NCBI RefSeq assembly: GCF_006345805.1
Contig: NC_043006.1
Location: 63,612,001 to 63,676,000 of the forward strand
Length of the DNA: 64,000 bases
DNA from: Octopus sinensis
Lineage: Eukaryota
Reading direction: 5' to 3'
Below are positions 12,650 to 27,000 of this stretch, piece by piece; position 1 is the first letter of the stretch; each line of letters starts with the position of its first letter. Position numbers and translations under genes: made by a program. The notes beneath the pieces were generated by a model. That model saw only the letters and a program-made list of their open reading frames with translations. It made no database searches and had not been told where the DNA came from.

Positions 12650-15062
12650 TATTTTTAATGTTTTTTTATTTCTTTTTTTCCTGTCAAAATATGTTGATAA
12701 AATGTGTCCCAGTAAAGCAAATAAAAAAAATTCAAATATCGTAAAAGCACCCACTACACTCTTGGAGTGGTTGGCCCACTTATGCGTACCTTTCCTTCAT
12801 TGGACACTAAAGTCTGCTTGTGAAGACCTGTTGAGGCAAGTGAAATCGAAATCGAATTCAATGACTGACATCCATGCTAGTGGAGCACTAAGGGCACCAT
12901 AGGAGCGTGATCATTTCCAGAGCAACAAACTGGCCTCCATGCTAGTGGCACATAAAAAGTACCATTCAAGCGTGATCATTACCTGCGTTGCCTTACTGGC
13001 ACTTGTGCTGGTGGCACGTGAAAAAACATTCGGGTGAGGTTCTTGCCAGTACTTCTGGACTGGCTCCTGTGCAGGTGGCACATAAAAAGCACTATTTGAG
13101 CATGGCCGTTGCCAGTACTGCTTGACTGGCCCTCATACCGGTGGCACATAAAAGCACCCACTACACTCTTAGAGTGGTTGGCATTAGGAAGGGCATCCAG
13201 CTGTAGAAACTCTGCCAGATCAGATTGGAGCCTGGTGCAGCCATCTGGTTCGCCAGTCTTCAGTCAAATCATCCAACCCATGCCAGCATGGAAAGCGAAC
13301 GTTAAATGATGATGATGATGATGTATTAATACACCAACCATAACACAGAAAGAAATTAACAGAATTACAATTCAAAAAAGAAAAGAACAAGACAAAAATT
13401 TGAGAGAAATTGTTTTTATTTTTTATTATATATATATTTTTAATTAATTTTTTTAATGTTAATATTATTATAATTATAATTATTATTATTGTATATATAT
13501 ATATATATATTTCATATTTATAGCTATTTACAAGTTGTTGGGTTACAAGTTAACTTTTAGCTGGATGGGGTAATTTTTTATACTCATTATTATTATTATT
13601 ATTCTTTACTGTTGGGTAGCCGCAAACTATACTGTATAAACTGATCAATGTCATATTGGTGAACTGGGCAGAATGACCACTAGGTGGACGCAGGGCACGA
13701 TGTCTGATATCAATTAACACATAAAGAAAGAAAAATACATTATGACGCCTTTCATTAGAATGATTTTAGTCAGCCGTAGGAAATGGCTATTTTTTAAAAA
13801 TGTTACTTTGATGTGTGTGTGTGTGCGCGCGTGTGTGTGTGTATATGTATGTATATATGTATGTATGTATATATGTATGTATGTATATATGTATGTATAT
13901 ATATATGTATATATGTATGTATATATGTATGTATATATATATATATATTTATGTATATAGAAAAAAGTAAGAGTGGGCGAAGAAACAGACTTCTTCATCC
14001 ACATTCAAACACACTTTCTAATCTGCGGCAAATTGTCTTGATATATATATAAAGACAAAGATAGGGAGAAAGAGCAGTTTAAGCCAAACAGACTTTTTTC
14101 CTTGGTACGAAAATACCAAGGAGAAAAAAGTCTGTTTGAATTCATTTTATCTTTATTTCTAAAAAACAATGGCCATTCAACACATTGGAGTTTGACTTTA
14201 ACTGCTCTTTCTCCCTCTCTTTATAAATATATATATATATATATATATACAAGCAGTATAGCCTGGGTTTGCTTGGGATTAAGTTAGGATTATTAAGCTA
14301 ATCAAGTCCTTTATTTCAGACCAAACTGAATAACATCAATGTCAAATTTGAGCGAAATCTGTTGAAATTGGTAAACTTTTGGCTGAAAATGAGTTGCAGA
14401 CAACTTGATTGGGTAATCCCATAAGGAATCGGTTTATCGATTTTTTCCATTCATCGATTTTTCTTTTTTTCGTTTTTGGAGAACTTAAAGCATTCAAAGA
14501 TCCCATGAATCCTAAGTAATGCTGGCATCAAGTTTGAACAAAATACAACAAAATTGGTAAAAGTTATGGTTGAAAATAGGATGTAGCCTATTTTAGTGGG
14601 AAGTCCTATAAGGAATCAGTTTATCGATTTTTTATTTTAACCTGATTAAATGGAAAACTCCATAAGGAATAAGTTTATTGATTTTTCACCACAAATAGGA
14701 CTTAACCGAACACAATATTGCTGATTCAAAAACATCTATATTTATACTTTAAAGTTGGTTTTCACACCCGACCCAGTTCTGTTGCGACAGGAGCGCGTGG
14801 GTTGGGAGTTTGGTCAGCAGAGGTGATCACGTTGCACATGCCAGCCCTTTGAAAACACTACCCCCATCATCTAACCCTCTTTTACCCATATATATACATA
14901 TATATATGTATATATGTGTATATAATATATATATATATATATAATATATATATATATACATACATATATATATATATGTGTATATATATTACATATATAT
15001 ACATGATAATATACACATACACATACAAACATGTATGATGATGATATACACACACACATATC

Positions 15063-15127
<65 letters not shown>

Positions 15128-15469
15128 GTGCATACACATTATATGTAGTTAATACATTCTATCTCATTAGTGAATTATGATGGTAACAATGTCTTCAGTC
15201 AGTGACAATAACAACAACTACAACACCTGCCACAACCACCTTCCCGCTTTCTCTCTCCTCTCTCTTTCTCAGTCTTTCTCTCCTCCTCTTTTCTTTCTTC
15301 TTTATATACAGGTGAAATTATTTAGAATCTGCCTTCAATTATAATCAGTAAACATTAAATTATAATTAAATTTTATATACAAAGGAATAACAACATAAAT
15401 AACAACAACAAAAAATAACAAAAAGCAAACAAAAGCTGCAATTAACAAAACAACAATATTTGAAACAAA

Positions 15470-15835
15470 CCACATGGTTCCAAGTTCAGTCCCACTATGT
15501 GGCACCTTGGGCAAGTGTCTTCTACTAAAGCCTCAGGCTGACCAAAGCTTTGTGAGTGGATTCGGTAGATGGAAACTGAAGGAAGCCTGTCATATATAAT
15601 ACATATAATATATGTGTGTGTGTGTGTATGTTTGTGTCTCTGTTTGTACCCCACCCCAACATCACTTGAAAACCGATGTTGGTGTATTTATGTCCCTATA
15701 ACTTAGTGGTTCGGCAAAAGAAACCAATAGAATAAGTACTAGGCTTACAAAGAATAATTCCCGGGGTCAATTAGTTCGACTAAAGACGGTGCTCCAGCAT
15801 GGCTGCAGTCAATAGACTGAAACAAACGAAAGAAT
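15470..15835 (+). mobile_element. Family A SINE
   Basis: Colinear with other copies; head slightly truncated. Confidence 0.8.
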
Positions 15836-15941
15836 AAAAAAATTATAAATCATGATTATTTCTGACCTTGGCCCCAGGGCCACAGATTTTGAGGGAAATA
15901 TGGTCAATGAATTATATTGATCAGTCAACATATGAAAAGTA

Positions 15942-16101
15942 CCGTATTTTAACGTGTATAAGGAACCCCCTAATTTTGGGGGCTAAAAATTTGGAAAAGG
16001 CTTTGTAAGGGATTATAATACTATCCATGTATAAGAAACTCCCATATTTTTTTAACCTAATTTTTGACAAAAAAGGGTTTCTAATACATGTTAAAATATG
16101 G
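15942..16101. mobile_element. Tc1/mariner-superfamily MITE (CCGTA-type TIR)
   Basis: ta|ccgtattttaacgtgtataaggaaccc ... gggtttctaatacatgttaaaatatgg|ta. Confidence 0.7.
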
Positions 16102-16610
16102 TATTTATTTTATTAACTTCCACCCAACAGAAAAGGTAACTGTAAAGTCGGCCCTGATAGGGTTAGAACTCAGAATCGATCAGGTCAATTGTAAGGAGTT
16201 CTGATATAGGTATGCAAGCAGAAATTTGGTGAGGGATGGGGACAGTTGATATCAATCCCAGTACTTTATTTTATCAAAACCCCAGAAGGATGAAAGCTAA
16301 AGTCAACCATTGCAGAATTTGAACTCAAAATATATAATAGTCGTAGCTGGTCTTTCTACAACAGGCACAAGGCCTGAAACTTGCGGGGAGGAGGCTAGTT
16401 GATTACATCAACCCCAGTTTGTAACTGGTATGTATTTTATTGACTCTGAGAGGCTGAAAAGCAAAGTTAACCTTGGTGGAGCTTGAACTTAAATTTCTAA
16501 AGAGCTGGAAAGAATACTTCTAAGCATTTTGTCTAGCACGCTAACAATTCTACCAGCTGACTGCCTTAATAACAATAATAATAATAATAATATAATAATA
16601 ATAATAATAA

Positions 16611-16975
16611 ACAAACTATGCTTGATCATAGATATAGCATGCCCAGCTGACAACAAGGTATGCGATAAGGATGAACGAAAAGTCGAGAGATATGACAGGT
16701 TAGCTTGGGAAGTTAAGCAGTCGTGGTTGATGAAAAAGGTAGCAGTAGTACCAATAATTGTCGGAGCCCTAGGAACAGTGAGCAAAAATCTCGAGAAGTA
16801 CGTGGAACAAAGTGTCTGCAATAAGGGTGGAGCACTTGCAGAAAACAGCACTTGCTTGGAACTGCTGGAATACTCCGGAAGGTGCTCGAAAAATAAGAGG
16901 TGTTACCTTAGTTCAATGGTAGTGAACAGCTGACTCTGTAGTACATCCCCAGTGTTAGAAGCTGTGCAAAGGCAA
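16611..16975 (+). mobile_element. R4/Dong-like non-LTR retrotransposon 3' end (restriction-like endonuclease)
   Basis: LIIDIACPADNKV..KVERYDRLAWEVKQSW..VVPIIVGALG; flanked by (AAT)n on both sides. Confidence 0.8.
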
Positions 16976-17579
16976 TTATAATAATAATAATGATGATAAT
17001 AATAATCCTTTCCATTAAAGGCACAAAGCCTGAAATTTGTGTGGAAGGTTTAAGTTGATTACATCGACCCCAGTTTGTAACTGGTACCTCACCACCTTTC
17101 AAATTTGCACCATATTCTTTTCTACTCTGGGCACAAGGCCCAAAATCTTTTGGGAGAGTCCAATAGATTAGATCAACCCCAGTACACAACTGGTACTTAA
17201 TTTATTGACCCCGAAAGAATGAAAAGCAAAGTTGACCTTGGTGAAATTTGAACTCAGAACGTAAAGACAGACAAAATACCACTAAGCATTTTTCCTGGCA
17301 TGCTAATGTTTCTGCTAGCTTGCCACCCTCATCTATAATAATGATATTAATAATAATGATTTCAAAATTTGACCCTAGGCTAGCAATTTTGGGAGAAGTC
17401 CTAAGTCAATTAAATCAGCCCTAGTGTTTAACTGATACTTATTTTGTTGACCCCCAAAAAGATGAAAGGCAAAGTTGATCCTGGCAGAATTTGAACCCAG
17501 AACATAAAGATGGACAAAATATCGCTAAGCATTTTTCCCAACATGCTAACAATTCTGCCATCTTGTTATCTTAATAATA

Positions 17580-18162
17580 TTGGGTTGGTGCACAATATTT
17601 GGGGCTGTTTTCAACAAATTTTATTCAACAAAAGCATTAACAATATTTAACAAAAACATCTTTAAATGACGGTAATTTTTTTTTTCATAAAAATGTGTAT
17701 TGAAAATCATATCCACATTCGTCATATTGGCTTCCACCACAATAATGCATACCCACATGTTGAGCATCATGTTGTTGAATCTATAGCCAATAAGTGCTGG
17801 GAACTGCTTCCTCATCCGTCATATTCTCCCACAGAAGCACCTACAGACTATCATGCCGATCGATCGCTGAAAAATTGGCTCACGAACAAAGTTTCTGATG
17901 ACTTGGTGGCCACCATCGAAGTGTGGATTGCCTCTAAGAACAGCAACTTCTTCGCCTGTGGAATTGACCATTTGCCAAGCAAATGGGAAGCAGTAATTGA
18001 AGTAGATAACGAATATGTTCCAGAATAATTATTTTAAAATGTTTTTGTTACATGTTGTTATTGTTTTTGTTGAATAAAATTTGTTGCAAAAATCTGCAAT
18101 AAGAGGTGCTACCTTAGTTATAATTTCACCAACCCAATTATAATTATAATTCACCAACCCAA
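17580..18162 (+). mobile_element. Internally deleted mariner element
   Basis: TIR ttgggttggtg.. / ..caccaacccaa (right end duplicated); HHNNAYPH..WELLPHPSYSP..DYH..RSLKNWL catalytic remnant. Confidence 0.88.
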
Positions 18163-18639
18163 TTATAATTTCAGTAATTTGTCTCACCTATTCCTGATGT
18201 TAGTTGTGTGTCACCCTGCAATTTCACAATAATTAAGATTCAGTAATTAGAAAAATAAGCGTGGTTAGGAAGTTCGCTTTGTAAACATGGGGTTTCTGGT
18301 CCTTTTCCCCAGTGTGGGACCTTCTACAATAGCCCCAGTTTTATTAATACCTTGTGAACTGTTTGGAAGCCCATCGTATGTGTGTGTGTGTATTTGTGTT
18401 TGTCTCCTCACCATTGTTTGTCAACCAGTGAGGGTTTGTTTATGTCCCTGCAACTTTGTGATTCGGCAAAAAAGAGACCAATAGAATAAGTACCAGACTT
18501 TGAAAAAAAAAACCCTGGGGTTGATTTGTTCTACTAAAGCCCCTTCAAGGTGCTGCCCCAGCATGGCCACAGTCCAATGACTGTAACAAGTAAAAGATAA
18601 GAGATGTTAATTAAAAAATCTTGGTCATTAGCTATTTTG

Positions 18640-18910
18640 GGAGAGAGGACTAGTCGATTACATCGACCCCAGCACACAACTGGTACTTAATTTGTCGACC
18701 CCAAAAGGATGAAAGGCAAAGTCGACCTGAATGGAATTTGAACTCAGAACATAAAGACAGACGAAATACCACTAAGCATTTCACCCGGTGTACTAACATT
18801 TCTGCCAGCACGCTGCCTTTCAGAGACAGAATATTCTTTTCTATTTTAGGCACAAGGCCTGAAATTTTGGGGGAGGGGGCCAGTCGATTAGATCGACCCC
18901 AGTACACAAC
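18640..18910 (-). mobile_element. tRNA-derived SINE, family C (two adjacent pieces)
   Basis: gtcgattacatcgacccc..aaaggcaaagtcgacc..atttgaactcag; other copies at ~16357, 17020, 17390, 33225, 35745, 46340 (+), 61740, 62680-63360. Confidence 0.8.
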
Positions 18911-20091
18911 TGCCAGCTCACTGCCTTTTTAGTTATTCTATATTAAATAAAATCTTTTACCAGGCTGATGTTGTTGTTAGTGTTGCTGATGTTTAGCCTG
19001 AGGTTAGTTATGTCTGAGCAAATTATAATCAAATGATGATCCAGGCATAACGAAGCCATCTATATGATATATCACTAATTACATTGCTCAATGTGTTCTT
19101 CTTTTTTAAGATGATAAAAATGCGAGATTTGGCAGCTATTTCTAGCACATCGAACGACCATGTAGAGGTTCTCTCACTGATTCAGTCAGGAAATTGCATG
19201 CATGCATCCGTGAAGATATTGGCTGAGGAGGAGGAGGAAGGTTGCTGGGTAGCAGAAGTGGGATGGGGGTGGGTGGGTGAGGGTCATCTTAGTTTGTGGT
19301 CTTAAGAGTTTAAATCTGAGGAAATGGCAAGAGAAGGCATTTTGAAGTTTAAAAAAAGTTTGGATGTGTGTGTATATGATGGATGTGCTTCTATTTGTGT
19401 GTGTGCATGAGAATGAGTAAGTGTGCATGTGTATATGTGTGTACACATGAGTGTGTGTGTATGCATGCGAGTGAGTATGTGTGTTTGTGTGGGTGTGTGT
19501 GAATAATATTTTCTGTGAGACTGTGTGTGCGCGCGAGTGTGAAGATTTTGGTCTATGTGTGTGCATTTGTGCATGTGTGTGCGTGAACCTAAGTCTACAA
19601 GGTGTTCTGAGTCAGTGCATGAGTGTATGAGTGTGTGCATAATGTATCTAGGACTATATTAAACAATGTAACAGTCCTTCTTTAAGACAGTAAAGGTTAT
19701 GCTTCAATAGGCCATAGCTGCTATGTCAAGCAGGTGGAGTGACCTCCCTCCCATCCCCTCTCCATCCTCACGTCTGTATTTTACTTTGGCACTTCAACTC
19801 ACAGAAGTACCCCACCTACTCCTTAACATGTTGGCTCCCACATGTCCAGCAGGTGGGTCATGGTGGTATATATTAAGCGAGCCCCTCCCGATCCACCAGT
19901 CGGTCATTTTTTAATCTCTTTCCGATGGGCTTTCTGAGAGATATGGTATGCTGTAAAAATATTACACCACTCATGTCAAAATTAAAATATCGTATTGGGA
20001 CCCTGGGATAAAACGTAAAATGAGGTCCAGGAGCCAATATGTTAATATGTAGGGTGTGAGAGGGCAGGTGAATTTTGAGAGAGGTCGTTAA

Positions 20092-20313
20092 CCCTTTTGT
20101 TACCAACCTGGCTGAAACCGCCTCTGGCTCTGTAGTACAAATATCTTGTTTTCAAACGTTTTGAATTAAAATCTTCCACCAAACCTTAATCACAATGTTT
20201 GTTCCTAACACTAGCTGAATGATAACTAAGTTATTTTAATAAATTCTTTGTTATATTTAAAATCAGTTGAAAGAAACACAGAGCATCTCAAAATAAATAC
20301 AGTAACGAAAGTG
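20092..20313. mobile_element. piggyBac-like MITE
   Basis: ttaa|cccttttgttac ... gtaacgaaagtg|ttaa: TTAA TSD and short TIR. Confidence 0.75.
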
Positions 20314-20394
20314 TTAAGCTGGTTGGGGCATGGTTTTCTAGCCAATCAGATTTGAGTGCAATGCGTTGGCTGACATTCAGTACCTCATAAAATA

Positions 20395-20680
20395 TGTCCT
20401 GATATGAAATGGCAGCAACATATGACAAATGGAGACCTGCTCAAAGTCAGCAAGATCAGGCAAAGGTGTCAGCAACTATCTGGTCACTGTGTGTGCCACC
20501 CTGAACTGGAATCATCCAAATTAAGTCTTGTCGAATCCACTTTCTGGTGATGCAGGAAGAAGAAAACATCATCATAACACTGGCCTGGAATATATCTATG
20601 ACCTAGTGGCAGTGATGATGAATCGAAGAGTGTGGTGGATAGACTCTCTTGCTGTGGCCTGGGTTGGAACCCGACCATAA
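20395..20680 (+). mobile_element. RTE-like LINE 3' fragment
   Basis: KWQQHMTN..KIRQRCQQLSGHCVCHPEL pattern; degenerate. Confidence 0.55.
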
Positions 20681-21004
20681 TAATTATAATGTGTTGCTGT
20701 ACCAAGTAAAAGAATTGCACTAAACTATTCTGAAGGAAATTTGGCTGTTATTTCTAGCTGTTCAAGAGACTGTTTAAATCAGTGATTCTCAACTGTGGCT
20801 TCCAAGCATCCTTCTGATGACCTTCAAACATCCTTCCTGTGGTCCCTGACAGTTTTCCCTCTACAAATACAATAATTTTTTTTTTCTTTAACTGACTTGA
20901 GTTTTACTTTTTTCAGTGTCGCCCCCTAAAAAAAATCCATTTTTGAATCTGACCCAGATATTAATAAGGTTACGAATCACTGGTCAAAAACTCCCTTTTA
21001 ATGG

Positions 21005-21342
21005 TATTGACAATGATGATGACGATAGTAGTGGTGGTGGGGATAGTGGTGGTGTTGGTGATAGTAGTAGTGGTGGTGATAGTGGTGGTGGTGATAGTGG
21101 TGGTGTTGGTGGTGGTGGTGGTGGTGATGATAGCTGTGGTAGTGGTGATGATAGTAGTGGTGGTGCTGGTGATAGTAGTGGTGATGGTGATAGTGGTGGT
21201 GATGGTGGTGGTGCTGGTGCTGGTGATAGTAGTGGTGATGGTGATAGTGGTAGTGTTGGTGATAGTAGTGGTGGTGGTGGCGATAGTGGTGGTGGTGGTA
21301 GTGGTGTTGGTGTTGGTGGTGATAATAGTGGTGGTGGTGGTA
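21005..21342. repeat. Imperfect (GGT/GAT/AGT)n trinucleotide array
   Basis: Direct reading; yields spurious poly-Gly/Val/Thr ORFs. Confidence 0.9.
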
Positions 21343-21478
21343 GTGTTCCTTTCTGTGAAAGAGCGTAAGCTCGAAACGTTAAAGGTTTTTAAACTTCCCA
21401 AGCGTTATACTAATACATCTCTTTGTTTTCTACACCACCTGTCTTCATCCTTTGTTTTTTTTTGTGAATTCTCCCTAT

Positions 21479-21513
<35 letters not shown>

Positions 21514-21609
21514 TTAAGAAGGTGAATGAATTATCCTAGTATGGATAATTCGGTTAACCGATACCTGGGTAGCAAATTCACGTCGTTCGACTCCATTCTT
21601 TCATTTATT

Positions 21610-21675
<66 letters not shown>

Positions 21676-22450
21676 ATGTATGTATATATATGAGTTTATG
21701 TAATTGTTGATAAATTTCCTTCTGGATTGTTCCAGAATGAAGCATGATAATGTCATGTGGGTAATTCAAATAGTTTGCCTGTTATGGCATTCATCTTCAT
21801 TCATCGTTTAATATCCGCCTTTCATGCTGGCATAGGTGGGATGGTTTGACAAGAGCCAGCCAGGCAGAAGCCTGTGCCAGACTTCAGTGACTGTTTCGGC
21901 AGGATTTTTACAGCTGGATGCCCTTCCACATGCCAACCACTCTGCTGAGTGGACTTAGTGCTTTTTATATGGCACAAGAACAAGCAAGGTCAGTTTTGGT
22001 AAGGTTTTTACAGCTGGATGCCCTTCCAAATGCCAACCACTCAGCAGAGTGGACTTGATGCTTTTTAAATGGCACCTGCACTGACAGGGCCACCAAGTAC
22101 TTGCAAGACAAAAAAAAAACTCTTTTGGGAGGGGAGGGGGCATTGGAGGAGGTGATCTTGTGTCAGATGATGAGAGGTTAGAGTGAGGCAGAGAGACAAG
22201 GTGTCTTGCTGTAGAGGAAGTACAAGGTCACTTGGCCAGGGAGAGAGAGAGAGATATCAGGAATGAAGATAGAAATAAGTGCGCAGTCACAAAGGAAATC
22301 CAGTAAGTAAATACATAAAGAAATGAGCAAAAGAAATAAAGAAAAATAGAAAGAATGGGATCTTGTGTGTGTAAATATGATTTGAAAAATTTACAGCTTA
22401 TGATTGAAGTCTGTTGCTATGATACAGCATGTACACACACACACACACAC

Positions 22451-22491
<41 letters not shown>

Positions 22492-22859
22492 ATACACTTG
22501 CTCACATGCACATGCACTCACATGTGTACACACACACATACATATACACATTTACATACATAATATGTACATATATATATACAAGCACGTACATACATAC
22601 ATACGTACATACATACATACATGTATACACGGTAAGTAGATTAATGTAAAGAATGGGTGTTGAATAAAATATAAAGATAAGATAAAGAAAAATAATAATG
22701 ATAAAACAAGAGCACTCATAGAGTGCAAACCTCCACCAAGGCAACACCAACGTCCTCTCAACGATTAGCCAGAGATGATTTTTAAAATGAGAATATCTGA
22801 AATGAACGCGACTGCTCTCACAAACAAGAATGCTAAAAATGAACCCAACCACTCTCAAA

Positions 22860-23060
22860 AATTAAGCAAAAAACAGGAAGAATAATCCACAATCCTTGTC
22901 TGGTACTGGATCGACTCCAAAATTTAATCTATTCATGCCAGTCCTGAAGCCAAACATCCCTGAAAGTTTTATCGAATCTATCCAGCGGTTCCTGAGATAT
23001 CTTGTCCACGGATGGACAAACAAACAAACACAACTGAAAATAATACCTCCACCTTTACTA
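22860..23060. mobile_element. Helentron/HINE-like non-autonomous repeat
   Basis: ..atccagcggttcctgagatatcttg..ggacaaacaaacaaac terminal motif; loosely similar sequence at ~14330-14700. Confidence 0.4.
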
Positions 23061-23549
23061 AGGTGGAAGTAATAAACCAATCCTTGTTTTCTTTTTCTTT
23101 CTCCTTCTTATTACATGTATATATGCACATATACACATACTCGTACATATATACACACACACACTCGTACATATATACACACACACATATATATATGTAT
23201 ATGCAATCACACACACATGCGCATGCGTCTACGTACATATGTATATTGGTATGTGTATGTGAGTGTGTGTGCGTGTGTGATGTTATGCAAAAGGTTTCTT
23301 TCTTTTTTTCTCTTTTTATCTCTTATTTATTTATCTGTGCATTTGTTCATTGGACGCCTTAACAGGAAAACTATTTGGATTATCCACATGACATTACCAT
23401 GATTCATTCTAGAACAATCCAGAAGAAAATTTATCAACAACTATATAAACTCACAGGCCTTTGACCTGCAACGAGTTTGATAAATGCCAATGCACAAAAC
23501 TCTCAGATCCTGAGTCACTCTGTTGTTTCTGCTAAATATTAATAAAAAC

Positions 23550-23850
<301 letters not shown>

Positions 23851-23992
23851 ACAAAGTGAGATAGGGGTTTGAGTGTAACCCGCTATGGGATATCATTATC
23901 CAATATACTGCCAGAAAGTACCTAAAGGCTAATACATAAATGCTAAGAATTGCAATGCAATTAATTCATTTATTTCTTATTTTGTATATATG

Positions 23993-24031
<39 letters not shown>

Positions 24032-27000
24032 CACACATACATTATATTCTACATTGAACATACATATAAACATTCTACATGTAAATATATTATAAATATT
24101 TTGTATGCATATTAATATAATACATATTATATATATTGTGGTTATGTATCATGGTTATGTATCATGGTTATGGTATATGTGTGTGTGTGTGTGTGAGATA
24201 CATGTTTATTGATTGTGAGCAGGGTCAAACTCAAAAATGCAAGGAGACATAACTACCACAAGACATTGTGTCTGTTGCTCAACCGATTCTTCATGATACA
24301 GTGTCATATACAGCACAGTTGCAAGTAAAAACTGAAACAATTTGGACAATTATCAATGGAGATTCCATAACAGGGCTGGAGTTGAAAAAAAATGTATTTC
24401 AGACATATTGAACTGTAATCAATCATGGTTTGTTCACTGTTACTGTTTGTAACATATATACAGTGAACATCTTAATCTGTGAATTGTTCATTTATGCTAA
24501 AGCTTTCAACATAATGAACATCTAAAAATCAATTGAGATTTTCTCAGTGTGTTACTGTTTGTATAAACATAATAAACATCTTTAAAAAATCGTGAACATT
24601 GTTCACTATGTTACTGCTTGTAACAGCTCTTCATGAAGTTACTATTTTGTAACATAAATTGTGAACATAGTGAACATTGAGACAATGTTCACTGTACCAC
24701 TGTTTGTAATGGACATAGTGAACGTTGTAATCAGTTGTGATTTCTTCACTTTGTCAGTGTTTGCAACATAAGACAGTGAACACAGTGAACATTTGGATAG
24801 GTCCACCATATCACTTTGTAACATTACAAGCAGTTTTGTTGTATGTTTTTGTTATGATTCTTTTATGTGAGACTTTTATTTGATGGCTCTGGAGTTGTTT
24901 ATAGATTTCATAGGATTGTCATTATAAGCAGATTTGGATTAACCAAGTTAAAAAAAAAAAAGGAAAAAACATGTTTAGGGCATAGAGGAAAGGCTATTTT
25001 GTAGAGGTTTCCTTTTCTTTTTTACAATTCCAGATTTCCCAGCTGACACGTTGCCCCAACTAAAGGAGTTGGAAGTTAACACCTTTCCCTGTTTCTTTAG
25101 TTATAAGTGAATCTTTTGCTTGCAAGTATAACTGTTATTTACTGATGAATAAATAGAGGCATCTGTTGGTCCATGATGACAATGAATTTACGTATGATTG
25201 TGTGGCATTGGGTTAAACAGTTGGAGTCAGATTATAAGTTGCTGTGTCCAGAAAATTCTTTGTAAACATCATTGAAACAAGAAAATTTGCTGTAGGAAAA
25301 TTTGCTGTATGGACAATGATGAAGTGTAATTATATCAGGATTTTTGAAAATTAAAAAAAGAGAGAGTGATAAAAAGGTTTTATAAAAAGCATTAAAGAGA
25401 CAAGTCTTTATTGAATGTTAAACAGTAAAATGAGGTGATGAGGTCATTTAAAACCTATGAAAATTCCAAGCAATGCTGTGTAAATAATGTACTTTTTTGC
25501 TGTGGATTGTATTGAAGCATTTGTTTCTAAAGTCTTGCATTAATATTATTATACTTTTTCTTCATCTCTGCTGCATCTCCTCAATATAAACCACAATTTT
25601 TATTTTTTGCTAAACTCTTTTCCTCATATAATATGCTTTATTATTGTCCATATGGTGAATTTTTCTAATGATGAATTTTCTTATTTGGCAAAATTTCTTA
25701 CAGCAAATTTTCCTATAACCATTAATTACCTATACATATGAATCTCACCTCTCTACATAGTTGATGTTTACCCAAAGGAAAGGCTCCTGACTTGGGCAGA
25801 AGTGGGCTTTGAACAAGTGCCATCACAGGTGTTGGTGACAGAATTCAAAGAGCCAGAACGGATAGCACAAAATATTTTGCCTGATTTACCAATCCATTGC
25901 CTCGGATTGGCTCATAGTTAATCAATCCCCCAAAAGACAAAAAAAAAAAAAAAGATTAGAAGGCAAAGTTGACTTTGACATAATTTGAACTCAGTGTGCA
26001 GAGAATTGTAACAAATACCCCAAGGCATCCTGCTTGACCCTTTAACATATCCACCAATCCACTGCCCTGGATTGGTGCTTTTCATTGCCAGAAACTACCA
26101 CCACCAAGAGAACAGAAGGCAATCACAGTAAGATTTGAACTCAGGTCAGAGAGTTAGAATGTACACCACATAGAACTCTATCCCACACCCTGACAAGACT
26201 GCTACTACTTTGCCATCTTAAAGGAATTTAAAAATAGGTTTTATTTAATTTAGTTATGGTCTAGGGATGGTAATGGAAGAAAAACAAATTTTTAATATAA
26301 TTACTTAATTACTAAACCCATTAGCATTTAATCCAGCAATATCCAGCCTAAATTTTCAATTGGCTTTATGTTAAAACTGACCAGCTCCAATCTTTCACAC
26401 CCATCCTGCAATGTCATTCTAAAAATATACAAACGCACCGATGAAATCTCAAGACTACAATAGAATGCAAGATTAATTCAAAACACTGTGAATAAATTCT
26501 TTTCTATTCAAGGCACGAGGCCCGAAGTTTTAGGGAGGGGTCCAGTCGATTTGATCAGGCCCAGTATGCAACTGGTACTTTATTTATTGACCCCGAAAGA
26601 ATGAAAGGTAAAGGTAAAGTCGACGTGGCACCTTGGGCAAGTGTCTTCTGCTACAGACCTAGGTTGACCAAAGCCTTTCCACTGGATTTCGCTGAGAGAC
26701 ACTGAGAGAAACCTGTTGCGCGTGTGTGTGTGAGTGTGCATGTGTGTGTGTGCCTGCATGTGTGTGTGTGTATACATATATATCTGTGTGTGTATGTGTG
26801 TATAAGTATATCAGTATGTGTGTATATATATGTATGTATAAGTGTGTTTGTATGTGTGAGTGTGTATGCACAATTGTGTGTGTGGATGATTGTAAGTGTG
26901 TGTCTCCTTGTCTTGACATTACAAGACAGCTGCAAAACGAATGTCACCATCTTACTTATGTTCCTAATCTTTCCTAATATATAAGTATTACCTTGATTGG

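Noticed and set aside
20916-21525. Gly/Ser/Asp-rich, Thr-rich or Val-rich ORFs
   Set aside because: Open in several frames on both strands only because the sequence is a trinucleotide array; no unique coding flanks or splice support.
25030-25110. Possible plus-strand exon (FPADTLPQLKELE, LRR-like) after ttccag
   Set aside because: Short, no partner exons found, no good donor, and no recognisable family.
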